Shown: positions 33,913 through 43,055 of the stretch, in pieces
How positions within the stretch are numbered: position 1 is the first letter of the stretch
How the letters are laid out: the number at the start of each line of letters is the position of its first letter
Source: an uncultured Candidatus Poseidoniales archaeon
Lineage (GTDB): Archaea; Thermoplasmatota; Poseidoniia; Poseidoniales; Poseidoniaceae
NCBI GenBank assembly: GCA_963968885.1
Contig: CAXAGT010000004.1
Span: 1 to 55,879 of the forward strand
Reading direction: 5' to 3'
Length of the DNA: 55,879 nt
Notes under the pieces: model-generated
The model's input: only the letters and a program-made list of their open reading frames with translations
Database searches by the model: none
What the model was told of the DNA's origin: nothing
Program-made: the position numbers and the translations under genes

Positions 33913-35913
33913 ATGGGGGAGAAGATGAGCGAGGAGTGGCCACCATCTGAAATCAGCTTTTCTGATGAAGATAGGATTCTATTCTTAACAAAGGACCTTT
34001 CTCTAATTCGCAAGCAACTATTCGAAGGACTTAACCTCAGAATGGAGGATTTGAATTCTGAAGATCTTCTTGATGACATCAATACGGACGTAATGACTCC
34101 TGCTTGGGTCTGTTTTGATTGGGATCCCAAAGAAATCGCAAAAAATGCATATGCCGGTCTAAAGCACAATAATTTGCGAGTAATGACCGAGTCTGCTTTG
34201 ATTAACGGAGGATTCAAAGCAATAGTCTCCAATCAGAGAAAAGGGACAGGTTCTTCCAGAGAAACTGCAGCCCAATGCGAAAAATTTTCAGGAATCAATT
34301 TTGTTTTCGCAGAATCATTTGCTCCAATTCATCAACTAAACAACATCAATTTAGGACAACTCATGGCTGGGCATGAAACTCTCAAACGCCTTCAAAATGG
34401 TGAAACAATTCCACTCAGTGAATTCACCAGCAAATACGATCCAGTTACACAACTAATAATCTCAGAAGGGGGGCTTTTCCCATTCGCTAAAAAATTGAAG
34501 TCCGGTGATGTCACACTACCTGCTATTGAAACCCAAGACCGCCCGATGACGATGGCTGAAAAGATAATCGCAAGGAACTTAGTTGGGCAAAAAGAGGGAC
34601 AATGCGTTAAACCTGGAGATCCTGTAATCGCTCAAGTTCAAGGAGGATATTCCCATGAATTTACCACTGCACAGGTGCATAATTTCTTAATCGACGAATA
34701 TGGAGAAGACTATTCTCTTCCAAATCCATCAAAATTCGCTGTGTTTGAAGACCATCTTTTGTATGCACATCACAATCCAAAATTTGCTCCGCACATGGAC
34801 AAAGTCCAGGTATTGAGGAATTTGCAAGTGGCATTCCAAAAACACACCGGAGTTAGGGATTATTCAGCAAAGAATGGAATTTCACCAGGAATTTGCCATC
34901 AAGTAGCAAGAGAGGAATTCATCGAGGTTGGAGATTTTATTCAGGCAACTGATTCCCATACATGCATGGGTGGTGCTTCGAATGCTTTGACTTGGGGAGT
35001 GGGTGCAACCGAATATGCCAACTTAATTTCTTCAGGCTTTACATTTGTGAAAGTACCCGAATCTATACGCTTTGAATTAACTGGAGAATTGAATCCTGGC
35101 TGCACTGCAAAAGATGTTATTTTATACATTCTAGCAGACCATGCTAGAAAGGAATTAACCTTGAATCGAAGCATGGAGTTTGGTGGACCTGGTCTTGCTA
35201 GTTTGAGCGTTGACGAGAGAGCAACTTTGTGTAATATGGCAACTGAGTGTTCGGCAAGAACTGGGATATGTGAGGCGGATGAACTATTATTTGATTGGCT
35301 GGAAGCAATTATGCCCAATCTAGATATGAACAAACAAAGGTCCAATGCCGTTCAACCAGATGAGGGCGCAGAATATGCCGGTGGTGTTCACTCAATTGAT
35401 TTGTCAGATATTGTGCCAATGGTTGCAGATCCAGGAAATCCCGACAAAGGAATTCCAAGTGACCCAACTAATGGAGAATTAGTCTCCAATTTAGATTCTG
35501 TTAAGATAAACATCGCATATGGCGGGTCCTGTACTGCTGGAAAAATAGACGATATTGCGTACTATGCTGAAGTCTGCCAAGCAGCTAAAGATTCGGGAAT
35601 CACCATAGCAGATGGGGTTGATTTCTACATCCAGTATGGCTCTGGTCATGTGATGCAAGTCGCAATAGACAAAGGATGGGATGCCCTATTTAGGGAAGTT
35701 GGTGTAAAAATCATCAATCCTGGCTGCGGCGCTTGCATAGGAGCAGGTCCTGGTGTTTCAATAACAGAAGAACAAGTAACAGTTTCTGCCATTAACAGAA
35801 ATTTCCAAGGCAGATCTGGTCCAGGCTCACTTTATCTGGCAAGCCCACTCACTGTTGCTGCGAGTGCTTTCACTGGAGAAATCACTGCTTGGGATTCCAA
35901 AATTTTCTCTTGA
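33913..35913 (+). CDS. aconitase-superfamily hydro-lyase, fused swivel (LeuD-like) N-terminal domain plus large-subunit domains
   Basis: The N-terminal GTGSSRETAAQCEKFSGINFVFAESFAPIH is swivel-domain-like. Fe-S ligand blocks are DSHTCMGG, GGSCTAGK and NPGCGACIG. Confidence 0.85.
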   Translation: MGEKMSEEWPPSEISFSDEDRILFLTKDLSLIRKQLFEGLNLRMEDLNSEDLLDDINTDVMTPAWVCFDWDPKEIAKNAYAGLKHNNLRVMTESALINGGFKAIVSNQRKGTGSSRETAAQCEKFSGINFVFAESFAPIHQLNNINLGQLMAGHETLKRLQNGETIPLSEFTSKYDPVTQLIISEGGLFPFAKKLKSGDVTLPAIETQDRPMTMAEKIIARNLVGQKEGQCVKPGDPVIAQVQGGYSHEFTTAQVHNFLIDEYGEDYSLPNPSKFAVFEDHLLYAHHNPKFAPHMDKVQVLRNLQVAFQKHTGVRDYSAKNGISPGICHQVAREEFIEVGDFIQATDSHTCMGGASNALTWGVGATEYANLISSGFTFVKVPESIRFELTGELNPGCTAKDVILYILADHARKELTLNRSMEFGGPGLASLSVDERATLCNMATECSARTGICEADELLFDWLEAIMPNLDMNKQRSNAVQPDEGAEYAGGVHSIDLSDIVPMVADPGNPDKGIPSDPTNGELVSNLDSVKINIAYGGSCTAGKIDDIAYYAEVCQAAKDSGITIADGVDFYIQYGSGHVMQVAIDKGWDALFREVGVKIINPGCGACIGAGPGVSITEEQVTVSAINRNFQGRSGPGSLYLASPLTVAASAFTGEITAWDSKIFS

Positions 35914-36042
35914 GAATCAATTTGGAACTTAATTGAATTCAAATAATCTCGAAATCTTAGGTGAGAGTTCAAGAACCGTCCTACATGCAATCATCTTGCA
36001 GGGTGGTGTAACCATGCCTACAAAACCTAGGAGGATGTGAAG

Positions 36043-38412
36043 ATGGGAATAGCAGATGACTTGGCAAGCAAGCAAAAACAAGCATCGATTTCTGAGTTTT
36101 TTGAAAAGAACAAACACTTCCTCGGATTCGACACTCTACAAAGATCGCTGATTACTGCGATTAAGGAGGGCGTTGACAACTCTCTTGATGCTTGTGAGGA
36201 AGCAAGGATATTACCTACCATCAGAGTAGAAGTGAAGAAGGTTGACTCCAAAAGGGACATAATTGAGATTGTCATTGTAGACAATGGTCCTGGAATCCCT
36301 AGAGATAGCATCGAAAAGGTGTTTGGACAACTTCTATTCGGTTCTAGATTCCATGCGATTAGACAATCTAGAGGACAACAAGGAATCGGAATCACTGGAG
36401 TAGTGATGTACAATCAGTTGACCACTGGAGGAACTACAAATGTGGTATCTAAAATTGCAAGTGAGCCTATGGCAGTCTCGATGGATATTGGTCTTGACAC
36501 AAAGAGAAACAAAGCCAAGAAATCAAACGAATCAAGGGTTCTATGGAATGAAGAGGATGATGATCAAGCAAGCGGGCTAAAGGTAACAGCTAGATTGAAA
36601 GCCAAATATCAGAAAGGCAGACAAAGTGTTTGGCAATACTTGAGGATGACAAGCATTGTCAACCCTCACGCAGACATCACTTTCATAGATCCAGATGGTG
36701 AGATATCTCACTGGCCAAGAGTCACAGAAAGGCTGCCCAGGAAAGTTGATTCGATTAAGCCGCACCCACGAGGGATAGAATTAGGACAACTTCGAAGGAT
36801 GCTCGAGATAACCAAACAGCCAAGCCTAAGCTCATTTTTACGTTTCGAATTCTCAGGAGTTTCGACACGCGCAGCAAAAGAGATGTGTGAAGTTGCAGAA
36901 CTAGCGGAATCTCCTAAGATTCCTCTGCATAAAAGAAAGCCAAGCGGAATAAAGAAGGAAGAAATAAGGTCATTGGTAGAGGTTTTCCAAGGACAGAAAG
37001 GATTCATCAAAGGATACCGTGGCTCTAAAGAAAAACACACGTATGTCGAGGGTGCAAAGAAACCAGGAATGCCTGGGGAAAAGGTTTCAGATTTAATGCA
37101 CAAGACGATTATGGGTGAATTGAAGGGCAAAGGGATCGATGATGCAATTGCATATGTCAAAAATCACACAGATTTTTTCTGGGAAGAATCAATTCAAGAA
37201 TTTGAAGAAAAAATCCTTTCCAAGGTCGGTGAAGGGCCATGGGATGAAAACCAAACAGACATAGTTAGCAAGTACATGAGAAGAGAATGGGATCCACGTG
37301 TAACTTTCCAAGAGGTAAAACTACTCAACCCTCCTACAGATTGTCTTTCTCCGATAGAAGAGATGTTAATCAAGAAAGGACTGAGCAAAGCCATAGACAG
37401 CAGATTTGTATCCACTATTACTAGATCGCCTAACGTATCTCACGGAAACCCCTTCCAGATAGAAGTAGGTTTAATCTTTGGAAAAGGAATGCCGGCTGAT
37501 TCCCATGTCGAAGTATTGAGATTTGCTAATCGCGTGCCTTTGATGTATCAACAGGGCGGTTGTTTGCTTACCAAAGCCATCGAAGAAGTTTCTTGGAAGC
37601 AATATGGTCTTGAGCAACCTGGTGGAAAAGGGCTGCCTAAAGGACCAGCGGCAGTTTTAGTACACCTAGCGAGTACAAATGTACAGTTTACATCAGAAGC
37701 AAAAGAGGCTCTTGCAGACAACGAGGTAGTATTCGAGGAAGCAAAGAAAGCGATGCAAGAAATGGGCAGAAATCTGAAAAAGCACTTGGCTAAACGCAAG
37801 AAACTTGAGAAAACCAGAGAAAAATTTGAGCTGATAAACGACATTTTACCTGCTATTGCAGAAAAGTCAGCAGGAATTTTAGAAAGACCAATTCCTGACT
37901 TGAGCAAGTCGATTACAAGTATCATGTCAGCAGTTATCGCAGAGTGTGATACTACATGGAATAAAGAGACAAAGAATACTGATGTGGAAATTAGAATTTT
38001 CAATTACACAAGTAGGTCACGCGCTTATTCAATTCTAGCAAAGTGGCCAGAAAAAGAAGGCGCAACACTAGAGAATAATGAAGCAGGCGGAAGAAAAGAA
38101 GTCACTGGTGTTTGGACTTGGAAATTACCAACACTAGAGCCAGGTCAGCAATTCAGCATTACTTATTCCCTTGGCGGGTTAGAAAAAGGAGATTGGACTG
38201 AGACTGAAATATTCTATCGCGGCAGTGGCGACATTATCGGTGCTATGGAGATGGATGAGAAATTAGTAAAACAGATCAGAGATCAGGAGAAAGCAGATTC
38301 TGAGCCAGAGCCCGATGAGGAGAATGGTAATAGCCAAGCAGATGGAAATTCTGAACCGGCTTCTCCACCAAAAGAAAAGGGACAAATGACACTTACGGGA
38401 GGTGACTTTTGA
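36043..38412 (+). CDS. top6B: DNA topoisomerase VI subunit B (long form)
   Basis: Bergerat-fold blocks EGVDNSLDA, VDNGPGIP and RGQQGIG, plus the H2TH block PHPRGIELGQL. I prefer ATG 36043 (GGAGG box 8 nt upstream). The track GTG at 36037 is possible. Confidence 0.9.
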   Translation: MGIADDLASKQKQASISEFFEKNKHFLGFDTLQRSLITAIKEGVDNSLDACEEARILPTIRVEVKKVDSKRDIIEIVIVDNGPGIPRDSIEKVFGQLLFGSRFHAIRQSRGQQGIGITGVVMYNQLTTGGTTNVVSKIASEPMAVSMDIGLDTKRNKAKKSNESRVLWNEEDDDQASGLKVTARLKAKYQKGRQSVWQYLRMTSIVNPHADITFIDPDGEISHWPRVTERLPRKVDSIKPHPRGIELGQLRRMLEITKQPSLSSFLRFEFSGVSTRAAKEMCEVAELAESPKIPLHKRKPSGIKKEEIRSLVEVFQGQKGFIKGYRGSKEKHTYVEGAKKPGMPGEKVSDLMHKTIMGELKGKGIDDAIAYVKNHTDFFWEESIQEFEEKILSKVGEGPWDENQTDIVSKYMRREWDPRVTFQEVKLLNPPTDCLSPIEEMLIKKGLSKAIDSRFVSTITRSPNVSHGNPFQIEVGLIFGKGMPADSHVEVLRFANRVPLMYQQGGCLLTKAIEEVSWKQYGLEQPGGKGLPKGPAAVLVHLASTNVQFTSEAKEALADNEVVFEEAKKAMQEMGRNLKKHLAKRKKLEKTREKFELINDILPAIAEKSAGILERPIPDLSKSITSIMSAVIAECDTTWNKETKNTDVEIRIFNYTSRSRAYSILAKWPEKEGATLENNEAGGRKEVTGVWTWKLPTLEPGQQFSITYSLGGLEKGDWTETEIFYRGSGDIIGAMEMDEKLVKQIRDQEKADSEPEPDEENGNSQADGNSEPASPPKEKGQMTLTGGDF

Positions 38413-39509
38413 TGTCAAGAGTTAGATCTAATGAACAGACTAAGGAACATTTACACAAAGTTGTAGCAGAAATGTATGATAAGATGGTCAAAGGTGAAGC
38501 ACCGACCATGACATTACCAGTTCGTACAAAAAATAACATTACTTTCGACAGTAAACTCGGGGTTTACAAGTACGGTAAAAGAAAATCAGTAAGGGATGCA
38601 ACATCATTAGGTTCTGCTAAACAACTGCTGAGGGCTTTACACGTTGTCGAGTTTATTGAAGATATGATTGATTCGGGTAAGTCGAGTACTCTAAGAGAGA
38701 TGTACTACATATCTGAAGGTTGGGGCTATGGAAAGTTTGGATCACAAAACGACAGCAATAACTTAGCCGAGGATCTAGAAGTTATCACCAAGTGCATGAG
38801 AGAAGATTTCAAACTTAGACCTGAGGAAGATGGTTCCAGAATTATTGGGAATCTGACAATTAACGAGCTAAATAGGCGTGGAGAATGGATGAGGATAAAT
38901 GCAAGGGATGACGTAGGAGATTCTGGATATGGAGTTCCATACAATGTTGAATCAGAAAAACTTGAACTTATCGAACATGATATTGATTTCATTATGGCAA
39001 TAGAAACTGGTGGTATGTTTGACCGATTAATTGAGAACGGCTTTGATGAGGATTACCGTTGTGGTTTAGTTCACCTCAAAGGTCAACCAGCAAGGTCTAC
39101 TAGGAGAATTATCAAGAGAATGAGCGAAGAGTGGGATTTACCTGTTGTTGTATTTACCGACGCAGATCCATGGTCATTCAGAATTTTCGCATCGATTGCA
39201 TTTGGGGCAATCAAAACAGCACACATATCGGAATACCTTGCAACTCCTAGCGCAACATATCTTGGTGTAACAAGCGATGATATTCTAGCATATGATTTAC
39301 CGAGTGATGAATTATCTAAGCAAGACATTCAAGCGCTCGAATCACAAAAGAGTGACCCGAGATTTACCGATGGATGGTGGAGAGAACAAATTGAGATGAT
39401 GCTTGAAATTGGAAAGAAATCTGAGCAGCAATCTCTAGCAAAATATGGTTTAGATTTCGTTACCGACACTTATTTGCCGGAAAAGTTGGGAGAGCTAGGT
39501 CTTGCTTGA
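38409..39509 (+). CDS. top6A: DNA topoisomerase VI subunit A (Spo11 family)
   Basis: Catalytic-Tyr context REMYYISEGW and Toprim blocks MAIETGGMF and VFTDADPWSF. The ATGA overlap with top6B suggests translational coupling. Confidence 0.95.
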   Translation: MMSRVRSNEQTKEHLHKVVAEMYDKMVKGEAPTMTLPVRTKNNITFDSKLGVYKYGKRKSVRDATSLGSAKQLLRALHVVEFIEDMIDSGKSSTLREMYYISEGWGYGKFGSQNDSNNLAEDLEVITKCMREDFKLRPEEDGSRIIGNLTINELNRRGEWMRINARDDVGDSGYGVPYNVESEKLELIEHDIDFIMAIETGGMFDRLIENGFDEDYRCGLVHLKGQPARSTRRIIKRMSEEWDLPVVVFTDADPWSFRIFASIAFGAIKTAHISEYLATPSATYLGVTSDDILAYDLPSDELSKQDIQALESQKSDPRFTDGWWREQIEMMLEIGKKSEQQSLAKYGLDFVTDTYLPEKLGELGLA

Positions 39510-39553
39510 AAAGAATACGAGAGTAAAAAAGAGTAGGAATGTGAGATGGAAGC

Positions 39554-40603
39554 ATGCAGGAGAAACCAGTTGAGGCCAACCCTTGGCCGAAGCGGTTACT
39601 CATCGCAGGCGGTATTATGCTGCTACTAGGCACTCTCGTTGTTTTTTCAAATTCAAATAGCCTCTTGGATTCTTCCTCTCCCCTTACTAACAATATCCAT
39701 AACCAAGTGGGGGCATCCTCATTTACAATTGAAGTTGATGAACCTAACTGCTACAAGTTAGTTTCAATTGTTGATGATCCTGCTGTATCGGCTGTTGTAA
39801 ATAATCCCCTATCAGATTCTGGCGAAATTCCTGCGGATAATTGTTTACCGGATTTTCGCCCTCAAGATAACGAAAATGCGTACGTTGTGATAGATGCTTG
39901 GCAACTTGAAAGCGGGACTTATGAAGTTAATTTACAATGCGAGGAAGATGACTGTAGCACCACTTCAATTTATGTGATAAATGCTAACTTAATCGCTCAA
40001 TCATTCTTATCTCTGCCGACTATTGTAGGGTGCGCAATGTGCTCTCTGGCTGTTTTTATCATTCCATTATCTGGAATTTTGATTTCAATTGAAAGTAGAA
40101 ATAGGAAAGTTGTAATGTTAAACACTGATGGTTCACAAATGCAATTCCAGTCAATAGATGAGATGAATAAGATGATTTTGGAAGGCAGGTTCCAGCAAAC
40201 CGAAGGAAATAATCAACAAGTTTCTCAAAATAATGTTCCTGATCCATTTGCTCCTGAACAGCCCTCAAATCCACAGCAACAAGAATCTACTGAAAATGAT
40301 GCAGAAAATGGATACAACCAAGTTAGGTCAGGTCAACTATTGACAACTAACCAAATTTATGCATTGATGCAAGGCGATTTACAGAAAGCCAAGGATATCA
40401 CAATGAGAAATATTGGGATTCAGCAGCCTAATCAAACCAAACCTGATGCCAATTACGCTTCTAAGGATACAATAGACGCCTGGGATTCTGGGGAATCAAT
40501 ATCAGCGCCAATAAAGGAGATTAACGATAACAGGAAATCACCCCATTCTAGGCGTGTTGAACAATCAAAACCAAACAAATGGAAAGAATGGGATGAAAGT
40601 TAA
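39554..40603 (+). CDS. hypothetical membrane protein with Cys-containing extracytoplasmic domain and Q/N-rich tail
   Basis: 349 aa with an N-terminal TM, a second TM around residues 150-180, and a low-complexity Q/N/P tail. Confidence 0.45.
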   Translation: MQEKPVEANPWPKRLLIAGGIMLLLGTLVVFSNSNSLLDSSSPLTNNIHNQVGASSFTIEVDEPNCYKLVSIVDDPAVSAVVNNPLSDSGEIPADNCLPDFRPQDNENAYVVIDAWQLESGTYEVNLQCEEDDCSTTSIYVINANLIAQSFLSLPTIVGCAMCSLAVFIIPLSGILISIESRNRKVVMLNTDGSQMQFQSIDEMNKMILEGRFQQTEGNNQQVSQNNVPDPFAPEQPSNPQQQESTENDAENGYNQVRSGQLLTTNQIYALMQGDLQKAKDITMRNIGIQQPNQTKPDANYASKDTIDAWDSGESISAPIKEINDNRKSPHSRRVEQSKPNKWKEWDES

Positions 40604-40668
40604 TTTTCAACCATTCGTGTCGCTTGGTTCAATAAGGAGGGCGTTCTAGGTAACCATGGGTTGTATAG

Positions 40669-41415
40669 ATGTCTGATATGGATACAGCACTTTCCCTGCT
40701 CCAAAATAAGCTTAGAAGGCAAATCCTAGAGAGGTTGGTAAGAGAACCTCACTACCCAATGCATTTAGCTGATTTAACCGGAGTTTCACAACAAGCCATT
40801 GTCAAACATTTACGGGCTTTGGAGCGAGGTGGCTTAGTTCAAAAAGAACAAGTTCCATCCGAAAAAGGTGGTCCTCCAAAAACAGTATATTCTGTTAATG
40901 ATTCATTTTCATTGAGAATTGACTTGGGTCCCGATTTATTCAACTGTGAACAAAGAAAACTGCCATCAGGTGGTCCCATGAGGCTGAGTAATAGATTGCC
41001 ACAATCAGTAATTCCAATAGTTGATTCTGTATCTGGTAGGAAGAAAATAGCGGTTGGAGAAGGCATGGGATATTTAGTTGAATTAAACGAAGCCATAGAA
41101 TCTCTTGATAGGCAAAGAGATGCCCTCATCGCTTTACACCAGCAAATAAGAGGTAGAATTGGAGCCGCAGTAGAGGCAGATTTCGAGGCGTATGAGGAAA
41201 GATCGATAGTTCACTCAATCGTAGAATCGAAAGGACAACTTGCAGATTTTTCCCGTTTAGCAGATGAGTTGAGGTTGGAGACTCCTGAATTCAATCAATT
41301 AATGAACCAAGTCAGCAAGAGGCTAGAGCACCAGTTTGCCAAAAGAGCAGGACACGTTGTGGCTGTAAGTCCTACAAGCAATTTGAAGTGGTGGGTTACT
41401 CCAAGAAAGGAATAA
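40669..41415 (+). CDS. ArsR-family winged-HTH transcriptional regulator with C-terminal helical extension
   Basis: Contains LRRQILERLVREPHYPMHLADLTGVSQQAIVKHLRALERGGLV. Confidence 0.7.
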   Translation: MSDMDTALSLLQNKLRRQILERLVREPHYPMHLADLTGVSQQAIVKHLRALERGGLVQKEQVPSEKGGPPKTVYSVNDSFSLRIDLGPDLFNCEQRKLPSGGPMRLSNRLPQSVIPIVDSVSGRKKIAVGEGMGYLVELNEAIESLDRQRDALIALHQQIRGRIGAAVEADFEAYEERSIVHSIVESKGQLADFSRLADELRLETPEFNQLMNQVSKRLEHQFAKRAGHVVAVSPTSNLKWWVTPRKE

Positions 41416-42936
41416 TCAATTAAATTCCCAGTCTTCTGAAACCCTTGCCCTTACTCTTCTATTTCTGAAACGTCTGTTTGAAATTTCTTGTGCTAAATCA
41501 TTCGCAATTTCAATGGGGACTTCAATAACTGCCATTCTAGCAAGTAAATTCACCTTTCCAATCTGCTCACCTTCAACAACTCTATTTGAGGTTGCTAACT
41601 TCAAAACATCTCTAACATTAGCCCCTTCGCTCTTTCCAATATTGATAATTATCGCACAGGTCCCTTGCTTTTGCTCTTTTTGCGAACTTGAATAAGCATT
41701 TGATATCGCTCTGAGAGCAATTTCGTGCAAATCTAGGCCATTAGATAGCAATGCATCCAGTATATCTTCTGATAACGGGTTTGGTTTTGCTTGCATTAGT
41801 TCATCTACAGAGTCATACAGCATTGCAGAATCTACATCCTCCTTAGTCGGTGCTTGAATGTCATATATTTCGTTACCAGATTTTCTAAGTTGTTTTAGAC
41901 GATTCTTAGCCCTTGAGCCTGCAAAGATAATGCTTGTACCATTTCTTCCTGCTCTTCCGGTTCTCCCTGTTCTGTGAACGTACACTTCTTTTGTCATCGG
42001 CAAGTCATCGTGTATAATTAGATCAACATGGTCAACATCTAGCCCACGAGAAGCGACATCTGTTGCAATCAATAGTTCCAATTTCCCTTCACGGAATTGA
42101 TTCATGCATCTTGACCTTTCATTTTGAGTGAATCCACCGTGCAATACGCCAGCCCTAACTCCTTTGACGGCTTTTTGTAACTCCTCAACTCTTGCTCTTG
42201 TCTTGCAGAAAACAATTGTCGCTCTCGGCTTCATTACTTTCAATAGGTCTTCAATTACTTTTGGCCTTCTTCCTTTGTTAATTTGAATTACGAATTGTTC
42301 AATCGATGAAGGTGGAGCCTGTTTACCATCCATTCCAATTCTAACAGGGTCTTGCATTGATTTTTCAGCAAATTTCCTAACATGCTTAGGGAATGTAGCA
42401 GAGAAAAGTAGAACTTGAAGATCCTGATTCATATAACTACGAATAAAATTCAAATCTTCTGCAAAACCCATCGACATCATTTCATCTGCTTCGTCGAGAA
42501 CGAGCATTCCAAAGTTTTCTAATGATATTGTTTTTCTCTCAAGATGGTCTCTCATCCGTCCGGGCGTTGCGATAACTATCAATTTCCCTTTCTTTGAGAG
42601 GTCTCTTTTCTGAGTTGAATAAGAAGCGCCACCAATTATCACAGCAATTCCACTTTTATTGAAAGCGTCAACCATCTTGATTTCATTTCCTACTTGTTGG
42701 GCTAGCTCTCTTGTGGGGCACAAAACAAGAGCGTTATCTGAAGATAGCAAAGCTGGAATACCAAATGCCAATGTTTTTCCAGAACCAGTCGGAGAAGTAG
42801 CAAGTATGTCTCTGCCGCTCTGAGCAACCGGTATTGCTTCGGCTTGTATTGGAGTCATCTCTTTGAATCCTGCTTTATTGATCCCTGCTTGAATCGACTC
42901 GTTCAAATCTAGGTTTTCAAAGGAATTGTTGCTCAT
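41416..42936 (-). CDS. DEAD-box ATP-dependent RNA helicase with DbpA-like C-terminal RNA-binding domain
   Basis: Contains SPTGSGKT, VLDEADEM, SAT and HRTGRTGRAG. I place the start at MSNNSFENL (ATG 42936). Confidence 0.9.
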   Translation of the reverse strand: MSNNSFENLDLNESIQAGINKAGFKEMTPIQAEAIPVAQSGRDILATSPTGSGKTLAFGIPALLSSDNALVLCPTRELAQQVGNEIKMVDAFNKSGIAVIIGGASYSTQKRDLSKKGKLIVIATPGRMRDHLERKTISLENFGMLVLDEADEMMSMGFAEDLNFIRSYMNQDLQVLLFSATFPKHVRKFAEKSMQDPVRIGMDGKQAPPSSIEQFVIQINKGRRPKVIEDLLKVMKPRATIVFCKTRARVEELQKAVKGVRAGVLHGGFTQNERSRCMNQFREGKLELLIATDVASRGLDVDHVDLIIHDDLPMTKEVYVHRTGRTGRAGRNGTSIIFAGSRAKNRLKQLRKSGNEIYDIQAPTKEDVDSAMLYDSVDELMQAKPNPLSEDILDALLSNGLDLHEIALRAISNAYSSSQKEQKQGTCAIIINIGKSEGANVRDVLKLATSNRVVEGEQIGKVNLLARMAVIEVPIEIANDLAQEISNRRFRNRRVRARVSEDWEFN

Positions 42937-43055
42937 ATTGACCCACCACCGAGTGGGGCCCGGCATTTCAGCGCCTGCCCTGCTCCATATAAACCCCCAA
43001 TAGGGGATTTTGCATCAAAGCGGATGAATTGATTCCCCATGCTTTAGCCGAATCA

